Source of the DNA: a virus
Length of the DNA stretch: 64,000 nucleotides
Strand: one strand, 5' to 3'
Virus record (IMG/VR): IMGVR_UViG_3300033153_016035
Span: 55,918 to 119,917 of that record
The position numbers and the translations under genes were made by a program. Below the pieces are notes generated by a model. That model was not told the DNA's origin, made no database searches, and saw nothing but the letters and a program-made list of their open reading frames with translations. Positions 1 through 10,694 of this stretch are shown here, piece after piece; position 1 is the first letter of the stretch, and each line of letters opens with the position of its first letter.

Positions 1-1
1 T

Positions 2-2848
2 GATTGCTATAGACTCATTCTTCTTTTTCTTCTCTTCCTCATCCTCTTCCTCAGGGACCACGGTCTCGTCCTCTTCCTCCTCTTCTTCCTCAGGTTTCTT
101 TTCAGGCTCTTCCGGCTTTTCCTCTTCCGGCTTTTCTTCCTCAGGTTTCTCGGGTTCTGTAGGAGCGGCCGGTTCCTCTGGCTCTTCCTCGTCACCTTCC
201 TCCGGTTCCTCAGCCTTTGGTTCCGTCCCCTGTGCGACTTGTGTAGAAAGATCCCCCAGAGCTTTGGCTACTATTTGACGTACCTGATCTTTGCCTATGG
301 CGGTACCATCGGGTAACTGAATGTCCCCGGTTCCGCCTTCCTCTCCAGTCACTTTTTTGTTTGTGGGAGGAACCATTTCCGTGGGTTTATCTGGGGTGGT
401 ATCATCATCTTCCTCTGTAGCTGGTGTCATATCAGTATCCCCCTCCTCTTCTTCTTCCTCATTGAGTACCTGGTCCAACAACCACCCCGGATGGTTCTGA
501 TTTAAACTTTCAAGTTTGGCCAAAGCTTCCTCACTGTAGAGTAGTGGATATTCCTTTTCCATATCACCCATCATTTCTTGAGCCGCCTTACCGTCTAAAG
601 TAAGGAGTTCTGTATCATTCACTTGATAATACTTTACAAGCTGTTTTGCCTGGACCCCAGTCCGTCTAGGACTTGTGAATACAAGACGACGTATGCCCCA
701 AATATCCTTTTCTTTGTCATTTAAAACTATCTCCATACGCCAACCAATTTCGATCTCCTCCTCTTCCCCTGGTACCAGCGTCAGAGCCTCCAAAGAAGGC
801 GGCTTTTCCTGTGGTCCAAGATAAAAAGAGTAAACCTGTTTTTTATATTCGTGGCCTTTTTTATCGCGAAGTTTTCGTTCAACAACAAAATTAGCTTCTA
901 GCTGCACCACATTTGGGCTACTCTTTATACGTTGAGCCTTAAACAACTTAAGTATGCCGTCACGAATCCACCTACCGGCCCCCCTTATGGAACTTTTGGC
1001 CTTCGCAAGCCAATCCGATAGATCTTTAACAGTGGGTCGGGCCTCTAAAATGGCTGGGAGGATTTGGTGTAGCTCCCGACCTTCCGCCATTTTCATTTTT
1101 GGAAACCCGTCGACCGGAGACGGGAGTGATGCACTAAATAGCTCGGCTTCGGGTTGTGTTAACTTTAGACTAGCAAATCGCGCCGCAACCATTCGATTTT
1201 CCAGATGTCCAACATTAAACCCTTTATCAGCCGTAAGGGAGGGGGATTTTACCGGGTTGAAATCGACAAAAGAACGAGTCATAACTCCTGTAATTTTACT
1301 ATCTTTGGGGGTGGTTTGGTCAACCTCCACATCTAATAGCACTATCCAATATAAATCTTTATCTACGGGAAGAAAGTCGGCAATATGGTCTTTGATGTAA
1401 CTTGCCAAAACATGTTGGTGCGTCCAGGCAGCGAACTTATTTATAGTTTTATCGAGTGACTCAATAAAACTGTCCGTATCTATTTTCACCCGAAAAACTG
1501 CTGCGGCTGCCGGTATAACTAAATCCGTAGGAAGGAGAGACTTCTGTGCATCGGCAATAGAACGCTTTAGTTCTTGGGCATCGAAGGTAGTAAATATACC
1601 AAAAGCCTTACTCCCCCTAATAATTGAAGGTAATGTATTACTCACCCTATACACTTGTCTAATAAGGGAGGGCCCCTCAGCACTTTTTATCGCCCCCGGA
1701 AAGTCATCGTAACCCTTTTCCCACTCTGAAAAATCGAAATTTTTCTTATCCTGCTGGAGCTTTCTTGCTTTATCCTTTGTCATACCATATGTTGAAAATA
1801 TGGTTTGAAGGGCCCGGTCGCTTTGACCCTGAAAATGTTCGGCCCAAATAATGGTAGAATCTACAAATTTGGTTAGTTCCACAACCGCTGCTGTCTTACA
1901 AGCATCTTCTATTGCGGCATAGTTTTTACCTAGAAAACCAAAAAACCATTCAAGTGCCATTAGACTAGGTTTTAATTTCCCGACAGCTCTAAGCTTTTGC
2001 AGTGTTGTCTTAGCCTTTTCACGCACACCTTCTGTGGAACGAACTTTCTCCGCTTCAATTGCCTTAATTTTATCTTGCACCTCCGTCCCCATTGCATCTC
2101 TCTGGCGCGTCAGCTCTTGTATACGGATATCCAGGTCTCGTTGATCTTGCGCTACTGAGGACAGTACATCATCTTTACGTATCTGTATATCACGGATCGT
2201 ACGTTCCAAATCAAGTCGGAAGTCCCGCCGCAAAACAGCAAAGGTGTCCTTAACCGACCCATATCGAAGTAATCCTAAAAACTCTTTCTGGTTTGCTTCC
2301 AGCTCTGACTTTGCCTTTGACAATTCCCCACTGGAATAACGCCTTGCCTCTTCTAAGACTTCTAGGGCTTCTATTGCTTCTTTATCTTCCAGCACATGCA
2401 CCGGGGTTTCGACAAGATCCCAAAGTAGTGCATCGGCCTCACTGGCAGTAACTTTACCCTCTTTTAAAGCTTTGGCATAACCGGCTCGGGAGTACATGTA
2501 CCGGATGTGGTTTTGCAATTCCTCTGGCTTATATGTTTCACAGAGCTGATGGAGCTGAAATTTAGACACGCCGAGATTAGAGATTAAAGGAAGATCCGTA
2601 TCGAGCCCTTCAGCTTCTATTACCTTATTTAAATCAAATGGATGAGAACACCCCACCAGAGCCCTAATAACACTTCGGCTCCGTTTTGAAGACTTTTTAA
2701 AGGCGCGGCCAAGGCCAGCATCTGCCTTATTCAGGGTTCGACAAAAGACTGCTTCATCTAGCAAGACCCTTTCATCGACTGATTGGTTTGAGGCACTAAG
2801 AGCGCAATAAATCTGTCCGGTTAGGTGCCAGAGGTCTGTATTTCCCAT
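2..2848 (-). CDS. Large hypothetical protein (>949 aa, runs off the left edge), with a coiled-coil region and an E/K/P-rich acidic tail; probable virion protein
   Basis: I translated it manually from ATG 2848 (MGNTDLWHLTG...). The frame stays open to the window edge (...EEKPEEEKPEEPEKKPEEEEEEDETVVPEEEDEEEKKKKNESIAI). It is absent from the ORF track because no stop falls in the window. Confidence 0.85.
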   Translation of the reverse strand, partial: MGNTDLWHLTGQIYCALSASNQSVDERVLLDEAVFCRTLNKADAGLGRAFKKSSKRSRSVIRALVGCSHPFDLNKVIEAEGLDTDLPLISNLGVSKFQLHQLCETYKPEELQNHIRYMYSRAGYAKALKEGKVTASEADALLWDLVETPVHVLEDKEAIEALEVLEEARRYSSGELSKAKSELEANQKEFLGLLRYGSVKDTFAVLRRDFRLDLERTIRDIQIRKDDVLSSVAQDQRDLDIRIQELTRQRDAMGTEVQDKIKAIEAEKVRSTEGVREKAKTTLQKLRAVGKLKPSLMALEWFFGFLGKNYAAIEDACKTAAVVELTKFVDSTIIWAEHFQGQSDRALQTIFSTYGMTKDKARKLQQDKKNFDFSEWEKGYDDFPGAIKSAEGPSLIRQVYRVSNTLPSIIRGSKAFGIFTTFDAQELKRSIADAQKSLLPTDLVIPAAAAVFRVKIDTDSFIESLDKTINKFAAWTHQHVLASYIKDHIADFLPVDKDLYWIVLLDVEVDQTTPKDSKITGVMTRSFVDFNPVKSPSLTADKGFNVGHLENRMVAARFASLKLTQPEAELFSASLPSPVDGFPKMKMAEGRELHQILPAILEARPTVKDLSDWLAKAKSSIRGAGRWIRDGILKLFKAQRIKSSPNVVQLEANFVVERKLRDKKGHEYKKQVYSFYLGPQEKPPSLEALTLVPGEEEEIEIGWRMEIVLNDKEKDIWGIRRLVFTSPRRTGVQAKQLVKYYQVNDTELLTLDGKAAQEMMGDMEKEYPLLYSEEALAKLESLNQNHPGWLLDQVLNEEEEEEGDTDMTPATEEDDDTTPDKPTEMVPPTNKKVTGEEGGTGDIQLPDGTAIGKDQVRQIVAKALGDLSTQVAQGTEPKAEEPEEGDEEEPEEPAAPTEPEKPEEEKPEEEKPEEPEKKPEEEEEEEDETVVPEEEDEEEKKKKNESIAI

Positions 2849-2851
2849 GTC

Positions 2852-3967
2852 TTATCCTTTGCCTACTGAGGTTATTACCTGATCTACACTAATATTTTTT
2901 ACAATGTTACCTATAGGTTCCGCCGCCGCTTGTGCTATTACCCCATCTTTGCCCATTGCCGGGGCTGTATCATCCGAAACCGGGGCTCCTACTACTTGCG
3001 CGGCTATGCCGGTAACTCTTGATATTTGAACCACCCACCAGGGTGAATCTTTTCCATCTGGTTTACTCGCCAGTAGCGCCTGAGGGTATGCTTGTTTTAC
3101 CATCGTCATAATAACATCCATCTCATCTTGTTCTACACAAGGGTCGAAACAAAGATAAATGATATTATCGTCCAAGATGATATCCTGTAAGGCGTCGAGA
3201 GCATCCATTATCACTAATTTCTGCACAATACCATCAACAATCTCGTCGGTGGTCTCCAGAAAGGGATTGACTTCTTCCACTAAAGACACGGCGCGCATAG
3301 AAGATGGTAGGTGAAGAAGTATCTTAGTAGCAGTTTCTGTGATAACCCCCTCTTGAACGGCCACAACATCCGGTTTAACAACCTTACTTACCGGGGACGG
3401 GTCAACTATCTCCGGTTTTGGAAACCCTGACAGGACCAAACGTCTGCCGGTGAACCTGAAAATTGCACCACAATTTTTTTCCTGATAGTAACAAGAGATG
3501 GAGGCCGGGTAATCCAACTTAACCTTTACTTCCAGAGCCTCAAGGGGGCACGGTGCCTGAAAGTATTCTTTAACAACCCCGGCAAAAGCACCGGCAAATC
3601 GTGCTAGAAGGCCAGGGCCGGGTACAGTAAAAAGGCGTTGAAGATGGCTTGAGAATTCTTGATAGAAGGTTACCTGCAACTTTTTAAGGGCTCCTACGAA
3701 ATAACCCAATTGCTTTTCTACGTTCCGCACGGGCCCTTTTAACACTTTATTTAATCTCTGATACTGCCTAAAGGGTGCATCGTCAGCTACAGAAATTGTC
3801 TTACCCGCCCCCTTTGGGGTGGTGACCACCACATTTAATGCAATAGCATCCTCCTGCGCACTGGAAGACAGTCCCGGGACAGAAAGATCAACACGGTGAT
3901 TTTCCCGTTGGAGTAACTCGTAATTCTTATTTGCTTCCGCAAAGACAAAGAAGATATCCATATACAT
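2852..3967 (-). CDS. Hypothetical protein
   Basis: 371-aa ORF tightly packed between its neighbours (1-3 nt gaps). Confidence 0.8.
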   Translation of the reverse strand: MYMDIFFVFAEANKNYELLQRENHRVDLSVPGLSSSAQEDAIALNVVVTTPKGAGKTISVADDAPFRQYQRLNKVLKGPVRNVEKQLGYFVGALKKLQVTFYQEFSSHLQRLFTVPGPGLLARFAGAFAGVVKEYFQAPCPLEALEVKVKLDYPASISCYYQEKNCGAIFRFTGRRLVLSGFPKPEIVDPSPVSKVVKPDVVAVQEGVITETATKILLHLPSSMRAVSLVEEVNPFLETTDEIVDGIVQKLVIMDALDALQDIILDDNIIYLCFDPCVEQDEMDVIMTMVKQAYPQALLASKPDGKDSPWWVVQISRVTGIAAQVVGAPVSDDTAPAMGKDGVIAQAAAEPIGNIVKNISVDQVITSVGKG

Positions 3968-3968
3968 C

Positions 3969-6900
3969 CTATAGTTTCTGGTAAAGGGACATAACTTTAC
4001 TCAAACCCACATCGGTGTCCACTGCTTCACGCAAGTTTTTTAAAGAAGCATACAAGGTGTCGACGTCAACTAAAACATCTCCAGAGTAGTCTTTAGTTGT
4101 TACAACGACACGCCACATGGGAAGTACGCCTTCAGCTTTATAGTCTTTCTCGCCCATATAATCCGCTATAATGTAAACGTCTCCTGGACGCATTGGTATT
4201 TTTTTTGCTTTACTGCGCCCCAGCATCGGAACCCTTCCAACTACTCGGTCTTTAAGAACAAATCTACTTATAAACTTATTTTTCTCTTTGATACCCATTA
4301 CCCGCTTCTGGGCTTCCTTTTGGGGCAGCTCTAAAAATGTTGGGGAGTGTGTTATTGCGGTAAAGACCTCAGACAAGAATGCGTAAGCTTCGCCGGGGAA
4401 GTCCGAACCTTCTAATGTAACAATGTCTTCGGGTAAAGGGTCTTTTGACAATTTTCCGCCAAAACTTTCCTTTTTGGAAAGCGCGTGTATGACAACCCGA
4501 TCGCCCGAGGTAAGGAGGCTACCTTTAAACCGGGACTTCATACACATAATAGGAGCTTTGCCCAGCACAAAAGGCTCATCTACCCAACTTAGAACAAACT
4601 TATAGGGGTCTTTCATATTGTAAATAATTGAGTTTTTGGTTAGGTACCGCCATAGGTTGCTAAAGAAGCTAGAGATGTGTTCCTTCAATCCAGCTAATAT
4701 AGACTTTCTGGAACTTTCAGTTTTAGCCACCGCCGCCTGGGATTTATTTTCTATAAAAATTGTTTCTTTCCCGGATTCTCGGTAATTTTTAATCCACACC
4801 AAAGAGCCTCGCAAACCCGCTGGGATTTTACTAACAGCCCAACCTAATTTTTTAATGGAGTAGACAGTCATACCCACAGAGAGCACCAACGGCATAAAAA
4901 ATCCGATAGTGCCTTCCCCCAAGAAATCGAGGAAATCCGGGTATTTGAACATAATTATAATTAGTCCGTATTCCCTGGAGGAAAAAACGCCGTGGATGGG
5001 GTGTCCTGTCTTATCTGCTTGAAGCGCAAAATTTCTCCAGTAGTCTTCCGCAAATTGACGTTCTATGGGTTCTGCTTCTTCATATACCTGTGCCAATTTT
5101 TCTTGTAGCTCTTTAGGAACCTTTTCATTTAGAGCTATAGAACCCCGCAACTCCTCCAATAAAAGGATGATTGTATCAAGATCTAATTTAAAAAATCGAG
5201 AGTAGGTCCAATTCCAGAACTCCCAATCCTTGGAAGTTCTAACTATGTGTGTTTTCGTACCCATTTCTGTTTTAACTACACGGCGGACTTCTACTTCCCT
5301 GTAAGCCTCCCCCTTCCACAACCACAGCCCCGGTCTATGCTTTACATTACCAGTGGCATCAAAGAGGCGGTTGAAGTCGGCATAGGCGTGACGAATAAAC
5401 TTTGTCAATTTCCGTGCGTTTTTCGCAAGGTTCGCGCTATCTCTTCCCAAAATAAAATCTTCAGTTTCCTGGTAAACTAGAAACTTACGAAGGAAGATTT
5501 CGTCTTCATGCGTTAGCCCGCCAAAGACTGCAAACCGGTTACGCCACCACCTAAGAACCACATTCCCAATACTAAAGATGACGCCCACTTTTGCCATTAA
5601 AATACTCCACCCCCACAGTGATAAACCCAAAAAAGCCTCGTCCAGGGGTTCGTCTATCATGACAGTCTTGCCAGTGTCCGGACCCGAAAGTACTAAAAGC
5701 TCCTGCTTTCCGCCCTCTTCGTTATAATTGGCTTGAGTTCCTGCGGGGATTTCTACCACTTCCCCTTCTGGGCCAAAGCCCCGGATGGTTTTTGGGGTAG
5801 TTATTTTACCGGGCCCACCGGCAGTAATATCACCCTCTTTAAGACGTTCAAGCTCTCGTTGCTCCCGCGCTGTCAGATCAGTTTTAACTTTGTCTATCTG
5901 CTGTTTAATTCTTTCCTTAGCGGCTTCCATTCCTTCTTTACTGGTCGTAGTAAGCTGAGCCCTTTGACGCTTTAATGCCTCCAGACGGCTCTTCCTCAAT
6001 TCGACGTACCGTTGTTTAATAGCCATCGCCTTCTTAGCTGCGGCGTCATCTGCTTCCAGGAGAACCATTGTATCGGTATAATTTACTATGCTGTGTGCTT
6101 TTATCTTCTCAGATAAAAATAGTTCTTCGTGAAGCTGTACGGCGTTTCGGACATCATTATAAACTCGTATTATTATTCCCGGATGACAACTCTTCTTTAC
6201 TACCCGACCCGCCACACGCACTAAACCCTCAACCTGCTCTTCTGTCAAAAGCATGTCAAAGGCACTAATCACAATTTCCTCTATCCGCCTACCTGCGCGA
6301 ATATAAAGTCCGCCTTCCGGCTCCATCTGGGTACTTTTCGGTAGCACCTCCCCCACAAAAATATTTTCATCGAGTCCGCCTTGGATACGAAAGTATCGTA
6401 CAGTACCACTAGGATAAGGGGTACCGTTAGAAAACATCCGCAGGGCTGCTTCTTCAGGTCTAATGTGGCGAATGGCGCTGTAGCCCTCATCGTTAGTCTG
6501 AAATGTCCCCACGGACCGGTGCATTCTTCCCAACTCTCTATGGAGTCGACCAGCCGTCGGATCGGTTTTATGATACCGCTGGGCCTTCACCAGGGCCGCC
6601 TTACTCTGTTTCTTTTGAAGCATGGAGCGAAAACTACGTATACGCGAAACCACTCCCCCTCGATTCTTGCGTGATAAGATTTTATGCTGCACTTTCTTGT
6701 TGTGCTGCCGAGCTTTATTTATCCCCTTGGAGGTGAAGCGAAAACCCCCCACCACTATACGGGGATCACCCCCACGATGCCTTGGGTTTAGAACTGAACT
6801 TGGAGGCCGTTTACCGGACCACACCGTCTCTAAAAGTAAGGTGTTGCTTGCATATTCCCCCGCCTCATAGTGGTCGCAGTGAGGACGACTGTGTAGATAG

Positions 6901-7526
6901 GCTTCGACCAGAAGCTGGAACTGCCTACTTTCTGATATTGGAGATTCTATCGCCATTTCCCGTAGCCACGGAGGGGGTACCTGCACAAGTTTTTTACCCT
7001 CCCGGGCTATACGGGGAAGCTCTTCGACAACGACTCCTGGGTATACACCAATAGTTTTTGAACCCAAAGAGCCCCAGTACTGCGGCTCCTCTTCTATTTT
7101 AGTAAATGCCGCCTCTAATAAACCAAATACCTCCGGTGTGGGTTCTCGGTGCGCCGGGAAATTTAAGAACCAAAGACTCTCATATAGACTATCTTGTTCT
7201 ACTACCCCTGCGAGGAACGGGTATGCGGATTGTCTTAGTAGGTCACGTTGCACCGCTTCACATGTCCAACTGTGCTCAGAGGTTATTATAGTCCCTTGAG
7301 ACATAAAGTCTTCATATACTGCTGAGTAGGTCTCCACAACATCCGGGGCTTCTACCTCCCCTTGAAACCGAACTTGACATGAAGGACATTTAACCGGGTA
7401 CCTGCCACTATATACCGGAATGGTTAGCCCACAAGAAGCGCATTTCACCTTAATTCGTCTGCTTTGGAGGACTCGTGCCATTCCTGGCGTAATTATAATC
7501 TTTTTCAAACCGTAACCCTCCCACAC
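3969..7526 (-). CDS. Large hypothetical protein with an N-terminal Zn ribbon; candidate processed internal virion protein
   Basis: 1185-aa ORF with CASC...CPSC and linker motifs LLEAD, LKEGD, LDEAF, LREA. The start could be TTG 7508. Confidence 0.8.
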   Translation of the reverse strand: MWEGYGLKKIIITPGMARVLQSRRIKVKCASCGLTIPVYSGRYPVKCPSCQVRFQGEVEAPDVVETYSAVYEDFMSQGTIITSEHSWTCEAVQRDLLRQSAYPFLAGVVEQDSLYESLWFLNFPAHREPTPEVFGLLEAAFTKIEEEPQYWGSLGSKTIGVYPGVVVEELPRIAREGKKLVQVPPPWLREMAIESPISESRQFQLLVEAYLHSRPHCDHYEAGEYASNTLLLETVWSGKRPPSSVLNPRHRGGDPRIVVGGFRFTSKGINKARQHNKKVQHKILSRKNRGGVVSRIRSFRSMLQKKQSKAALVKAQRYHKTDPTAGRLHRELGRMHRSVGTFQTNDEGYSAIRHIRPEEAALRMFSNGTPYPSGTVRYFRIQGGLDENIFVGEVLPKSTQMEPEGGLYIRAGRRIEEIVISAFDMLLTEEQVEGLVRVAGRVVKKSCHPGIIIRVYNDVRNAVQLHEELFLSEKIKAHSIVNYTDTMVLLEADDAAAKKAMAIKQRYVELRKSRLEALKRQRAQLTTTSKEGMEAAKERIKQQIDKVKTDLTAREQRELERLKEGDITAGGPGKITTPKTIRGFGPEGEVVEIPAGTQANYNEEGGKQELLVLSGPDTGKTVMIDEPLDEAFLGLSLWGWSILMAKVGVIFSIGNVVLRWWRNRFAVFGGLTHEDEIFLRKFLVYQETEDFILGRDSANLAKNARKLTKFIRHAYADFNRLFDATGNVKHRPGLWLWKGEAYREVEVRRVVKTEMGTKTHIVRTSKDWEFWNWTYSRFFKLDLDTIILLLEELRGSIALNEKVPKELQEKLAQVYEEAEPIERQFAEDYWRNFALQADKTGHPIHGVFSSREYGLIIIMFKYPDFLDFLGEGTIGFFMPLVLSVGMTVYSIKKLGWAVSKIPAGLRGSLVWIKNYRESGKETIFIENKSQAAVAKTESSRKSILAGLKEHISSFFSNLWRYLTKNSIIYNMKDPYKFVLSWVDEPFVLGKAPIMCMKSRFKGSLLTSGDRVVIHALSKKESFGGKLSKDPLPEDIVTLEGSDFPGEAYAFLSEVFTAITHSPTFLELPQKEAQKRVMGIKEKNKFISRFVLKDRVVGRVPMLGRSKAKKIPMRPGDVYIIADYMGEKDYKAEGVLPMWRVVVTTKDYSGDVLVDVDTLYASLKNLREAVDTDVGLSKVMSLYQKL

Positions 7527-10500
7527 GTCATAACTTTTGGGATATACTCGTATATGGCTTTACAGGGGGAGGCTCCGCCACAGATGCCATGATACACGGT
7601 GATGTCTCCATTCTTTCTGAATATAAGATAATTTCCATCCTCACATAGCGCAGAAATTACATCCGTATTTTTAAAGAGAAATGGTACCTCAGACTCTCTG
7701 ATGGTACTTAACTTCCTAGTTACCATAACCTCTATTGGCACAAACTCTAATATCTCCCCAACGTCTTGACATTCGTATATCAATTTATCTGTATTAAATG
7801 TAGTATCTAGTAGCTGGTGAATTGCCTTTTGCTCCAGTACGTGTTCAAACCACGTACTGACATGCCCCAAGCGTGATTCAAAGGCCGCACTAACCGAACT
7901 ACCTAAATCCACATTACAAGGAATAGCAACTACTGCACGTTGACTACCCGCTAAAACACAAGAGAAGGCGGCTCCAGAACGTATTAGATTTTCCGTAGCT
8001 ATAGCAAATCTACCCTTGTCAGGGGCTTTTTCAAATGTAAATTCTACCGTACAACTACCATTTACCACCTCAGCGGGAAAACATGGTATTTCGTCTCGAA
8101 CTTCTTGAAGAAACTCTTTTGTTGGGGAAAACGCAAATTCTATTTCCCCTTTAGACTCACACAAACGTATTACTCGTAAACCAGGATAATTGCGCGCTAT
8201 AAAATTTGGTAGAGCCTCCTGGACGCTTTCTGTCTTCGACAACAGTCGCACCATGTCTGCTGCTTGTAGTTCCTGAACATCTGTTATAACCTGATGTCCG
8301 CGCATCAAATTACGAAGCTGCTGGGGTTTTTGGTCGTCAAGCATGTACCCGTCAACGCCCTGGGCTGTTTGGACAAAGCCATTTTTCGTTGTCATTTTCA
8401 GTGCCACATGGGCGCCGGTCTTTCCAGCACCGAACTGACCCTCCACTTCATCCTTAAATTTCTGTACGTCGTTTGTACTATAAAAGGCGCCGAATATGTG
8501 GAAAAGTGGCGAATGACATACAACTTGAATGGGTATAGGCTGCGCCTGGTCGCGGGCCCATTTGGGGACGTCTTTTCCACCAACTAGATGTGGGTAGTCT
8601 TCCGGCGTAGGGCTATAACTAAAATGCAGAACTAACATAACCTCGGTAGTAAGTGGATTGTTATTGGCATCATCAAAATCAAAAAGTTCCACCTCGCAGT
8701 GGGCTGTAAACCACGGTGGAAGTGCTATAGGCGTTCTAGTTGGAACCTTATTGAAGGTGGTTAGTATAAGACCTCTATTTTTAGGGAAGGGCATTTTATT
8801 TCCAAAGAAGCGAGTTACCTGCTTTTTTACATAGCGGGTGAAATCTTGTATTATTCCAAACTTGTCTTCCCCCCAATGTATACTCCCGCCAACTGCAGTG
8901 GCCACAGTTTTAAATATATCCTTAATATCGTCATCACCCGACAAGGCTTCCCACATAAAGCTATTTAGTTTTCTAGTAGACTCATATTGTTGTTCCCATT
9001 CACCCGATATGTCACCCTCAACCACACCAATCTGCTCTTGCTGCTCTCTGGTAAGCTCGTGGAAACCCATCACAGAATCCCCAAACCCCAAACCTCGATA
9101 ACTTTCCCCCATCTTTTCTATATTCTCACGTTCCCTTTCCGCGCCCTTGGCCTGACCGGACAAAGTCACCATCTCATCCCACCACTTCTGTGATTCGGGA
9201 GCTAACTTTGGCAGCCCCGCCTCTACAATACTATAAGCTTCTGCGAGTATGTGTAGTTCTCCGTCGGTCATTGTGCCCAATATATCAGGATCTATCCTCT
9301 GCTTTTTCTCTAATTCTGCTATAAGCACTTTAGCTTCTGCATACTGCGTAGCCCGTAGTTTGACGTACGCCATCTCTTCCTTTTTTCGGGCCACCTCGGC
9401 TGGATTTTCAGTTACTTTCTGCAAAGTCCTTATGGGCTCAAAGACTTCTTCTACTTTAGCAGATACCTGGTCTAAAAACTGCTTAACAAAAGACTTTGGA
9501 CCAATAACCCGGGGGGATACTTGGCCTGTAGCTAGATAGTTATTAACCAACTCAGAGGGGGAATCGACCACAAGAACTTTGCCAGCAAATACACTACCTT
9601 CCATTGTAAGCATTTTCTCAAAAGCTGCATCTTCGGAGCCAACCGGCTCCGCCACCTTATTTATACTGGGAACCGATAATGTTATAGTATCCCCGCCGGC
9701 GCCCCCGTTAGCCATACTCTGGGCCATAAGATACGCGGCGGCAACGCCACCTAAATTATATATTAGTTTAAAATCATCTTTTCCTATAGTTTCTAGGGTT
9801 CCAAGTAGTGCGGGCATTGGTCCTCGACATTTAAACCGTCGGGGGGCACCTTGCACTACACCTAACTCCAAATCAAAATCGCACTCTATCAACATTGGGT
9901 TAGCTGCCCCCTCTCCCACAAAACCCAAAACCCGCAGTTTAGTCTTGGTTGCCACTTTTGGTTTTATCAGGAGTGGCTTTTGTAGAGTCCAGTCAGACAC
10001 CGATGTTATGAGCACACCGCCTTTAGGAACAACCCACATACCCAGATATTTTGAAACCCGGCGGATCATTGGAGCATAGTCCACTACAGAGCGGTCAATT
10101 GGGGTTTTATACAAGTTAGGGTTATCTACCCCATAAAGTGCTTGTATCTCTTTGTCACCGAAAGCGCGGTCCAGTCTTTCTTCTAAACGTGAAGTTCCGG
10201 AACCCCTTATCCGTGCTATAATAAATGGTGTGGATTCCTTAAGGGTAGTCAGCACAGAAAAACCGTATATATCGCCGTCTATCTGACCACGTAGAAGGAG
10301 TGCTTCTACCAAGGAGCGAAAATATCGTGTTTCTTTTTCTGCTAGAAAACTCTTCGTGTCGACTGGCACGGGGAGCGTAAACACTTTTTCGGTTACTATA
10401 TTCCTGGGACTACCTACCCCGGGAATAAACCCTAAAGATGCAATGGTGGCCCGCAACCTGGTTAAAGCCGAGCCACAATTTTTGTAGATAATTTCATCCG

Positions 10501-10693
10501 TACTCTCGTACAGAACTTCATCGCCTTTAAAAGCCTCATGTATTTTACGGGAAATCTCCGTGGTTAGTCCCAGATCTTCAATCTTAACGGCAAGAGTTTT
10601 TCCCACACGGCCGGGGGTAAAGATACCATAACCGTACTTTTCATCCACTATGGTGGTAATGTCCTGATGGTTATCCCGTATAAATTCTACCAT
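7505..10693 (-). CDS. Large hypothetical protein (about 1060 aa)
   Basis: Long ORF. ATG 10693 sits right after the upstream stop at 10695, so it is preferred to TTG 10735. Confidence 0.8.
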   Translation of the reverse strand: MVEFIRDNHQDITTIVDEKYGYGIFTPGRVGKTLAVKIEDLGLTTEISRKIHEAFKGDEVLYESTDEIIYKNCGSALTRLRATIASLGFIPGVGSPRNIVTEKVFTLPVPVDTKSFLAEKETRYFRSLVEALLLRGQIDGDIYGFSVLTTLKESTPFIIARIRGSGTSRLEERLDRAFGDKEIQALYGVDNPNLYKTPIDRSVVDYAPMIRRVSKYLGMWVVPKGGVLITSVSDWTLQKPLLIKPKVATKTKLRVLGFVGEGAANPMLIECDFDLELGVVQGAPRRFKCRGPMPALLGTLETIGKDDFKLIYNLGGVAAAYLMAQSMANGGAGGDTITLSVPSINKVAEPVGSEDAAFEKMLTMEGSVFAGKVLVVDSPSELVNNYLATGQVSPRVIGPKSFVKQFLDQVSAKVEEVFEPIRTLQKVTENPAEVARKKEEMAYVKLRATQYAEAKVLIAELEKKQRIDPDILGTMTDGELHILAEAYSIVEAGLPKLAPESQKWWDEMVTLSGQAKGAERERENIEKMGESYRGLGFGDSVMGFHELTREQQEQIGVVEGDISGEWEQQYESTRKLNSFMWEALSGDDDIKDIFKTVATAVGGSIHWGEDKFGIIQDFTRYVKKQVTRFFGNKMPFPKNRGLILTTFNKVPTRTPIALPPWFTAHCEVELFDFDDANNNPLTTEVMLVLHFSYSPTPEDYPHLVGGKDVPKWARDQAQPIPIQVVCHSPLFHIFGAFYSTNDVQKFKDEVEGQFGAGKTGAHVALKMTTKNGFVQTAQGVDGYMLDDQKPQQLRNLMRGHQVITDVQELQAADMVRLLSKTESVQEALPNFIARNYPGLRVIRLCESKGEIEFAFSPTKEFLQEVRDEIPCFPAEVVNGSCTVEFTFEKAPDKGRFAIATENLIRSGAAFSCVLAGSQRAVVAIPCNVDLGSSVSAAFESRLGHVSTWFEHVLEQKAIHQLLDTTFNTDKLIYECQDVGEILEFVPIEVMVTRKLSTIRESEVPFLFKNTDVISALCEDGNYLIFRKNGDITVYHGICGGASPCKAIYEYIPKVMTCGRVTV

Positions 10694-10694
10694 T

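Noticed and set aside
7-195. 62-aa Arg/Lys-rich ORF
   Set aside because: It is an alternative-frame reading of the Glu-rich tail of the long ORF starting at 2848.
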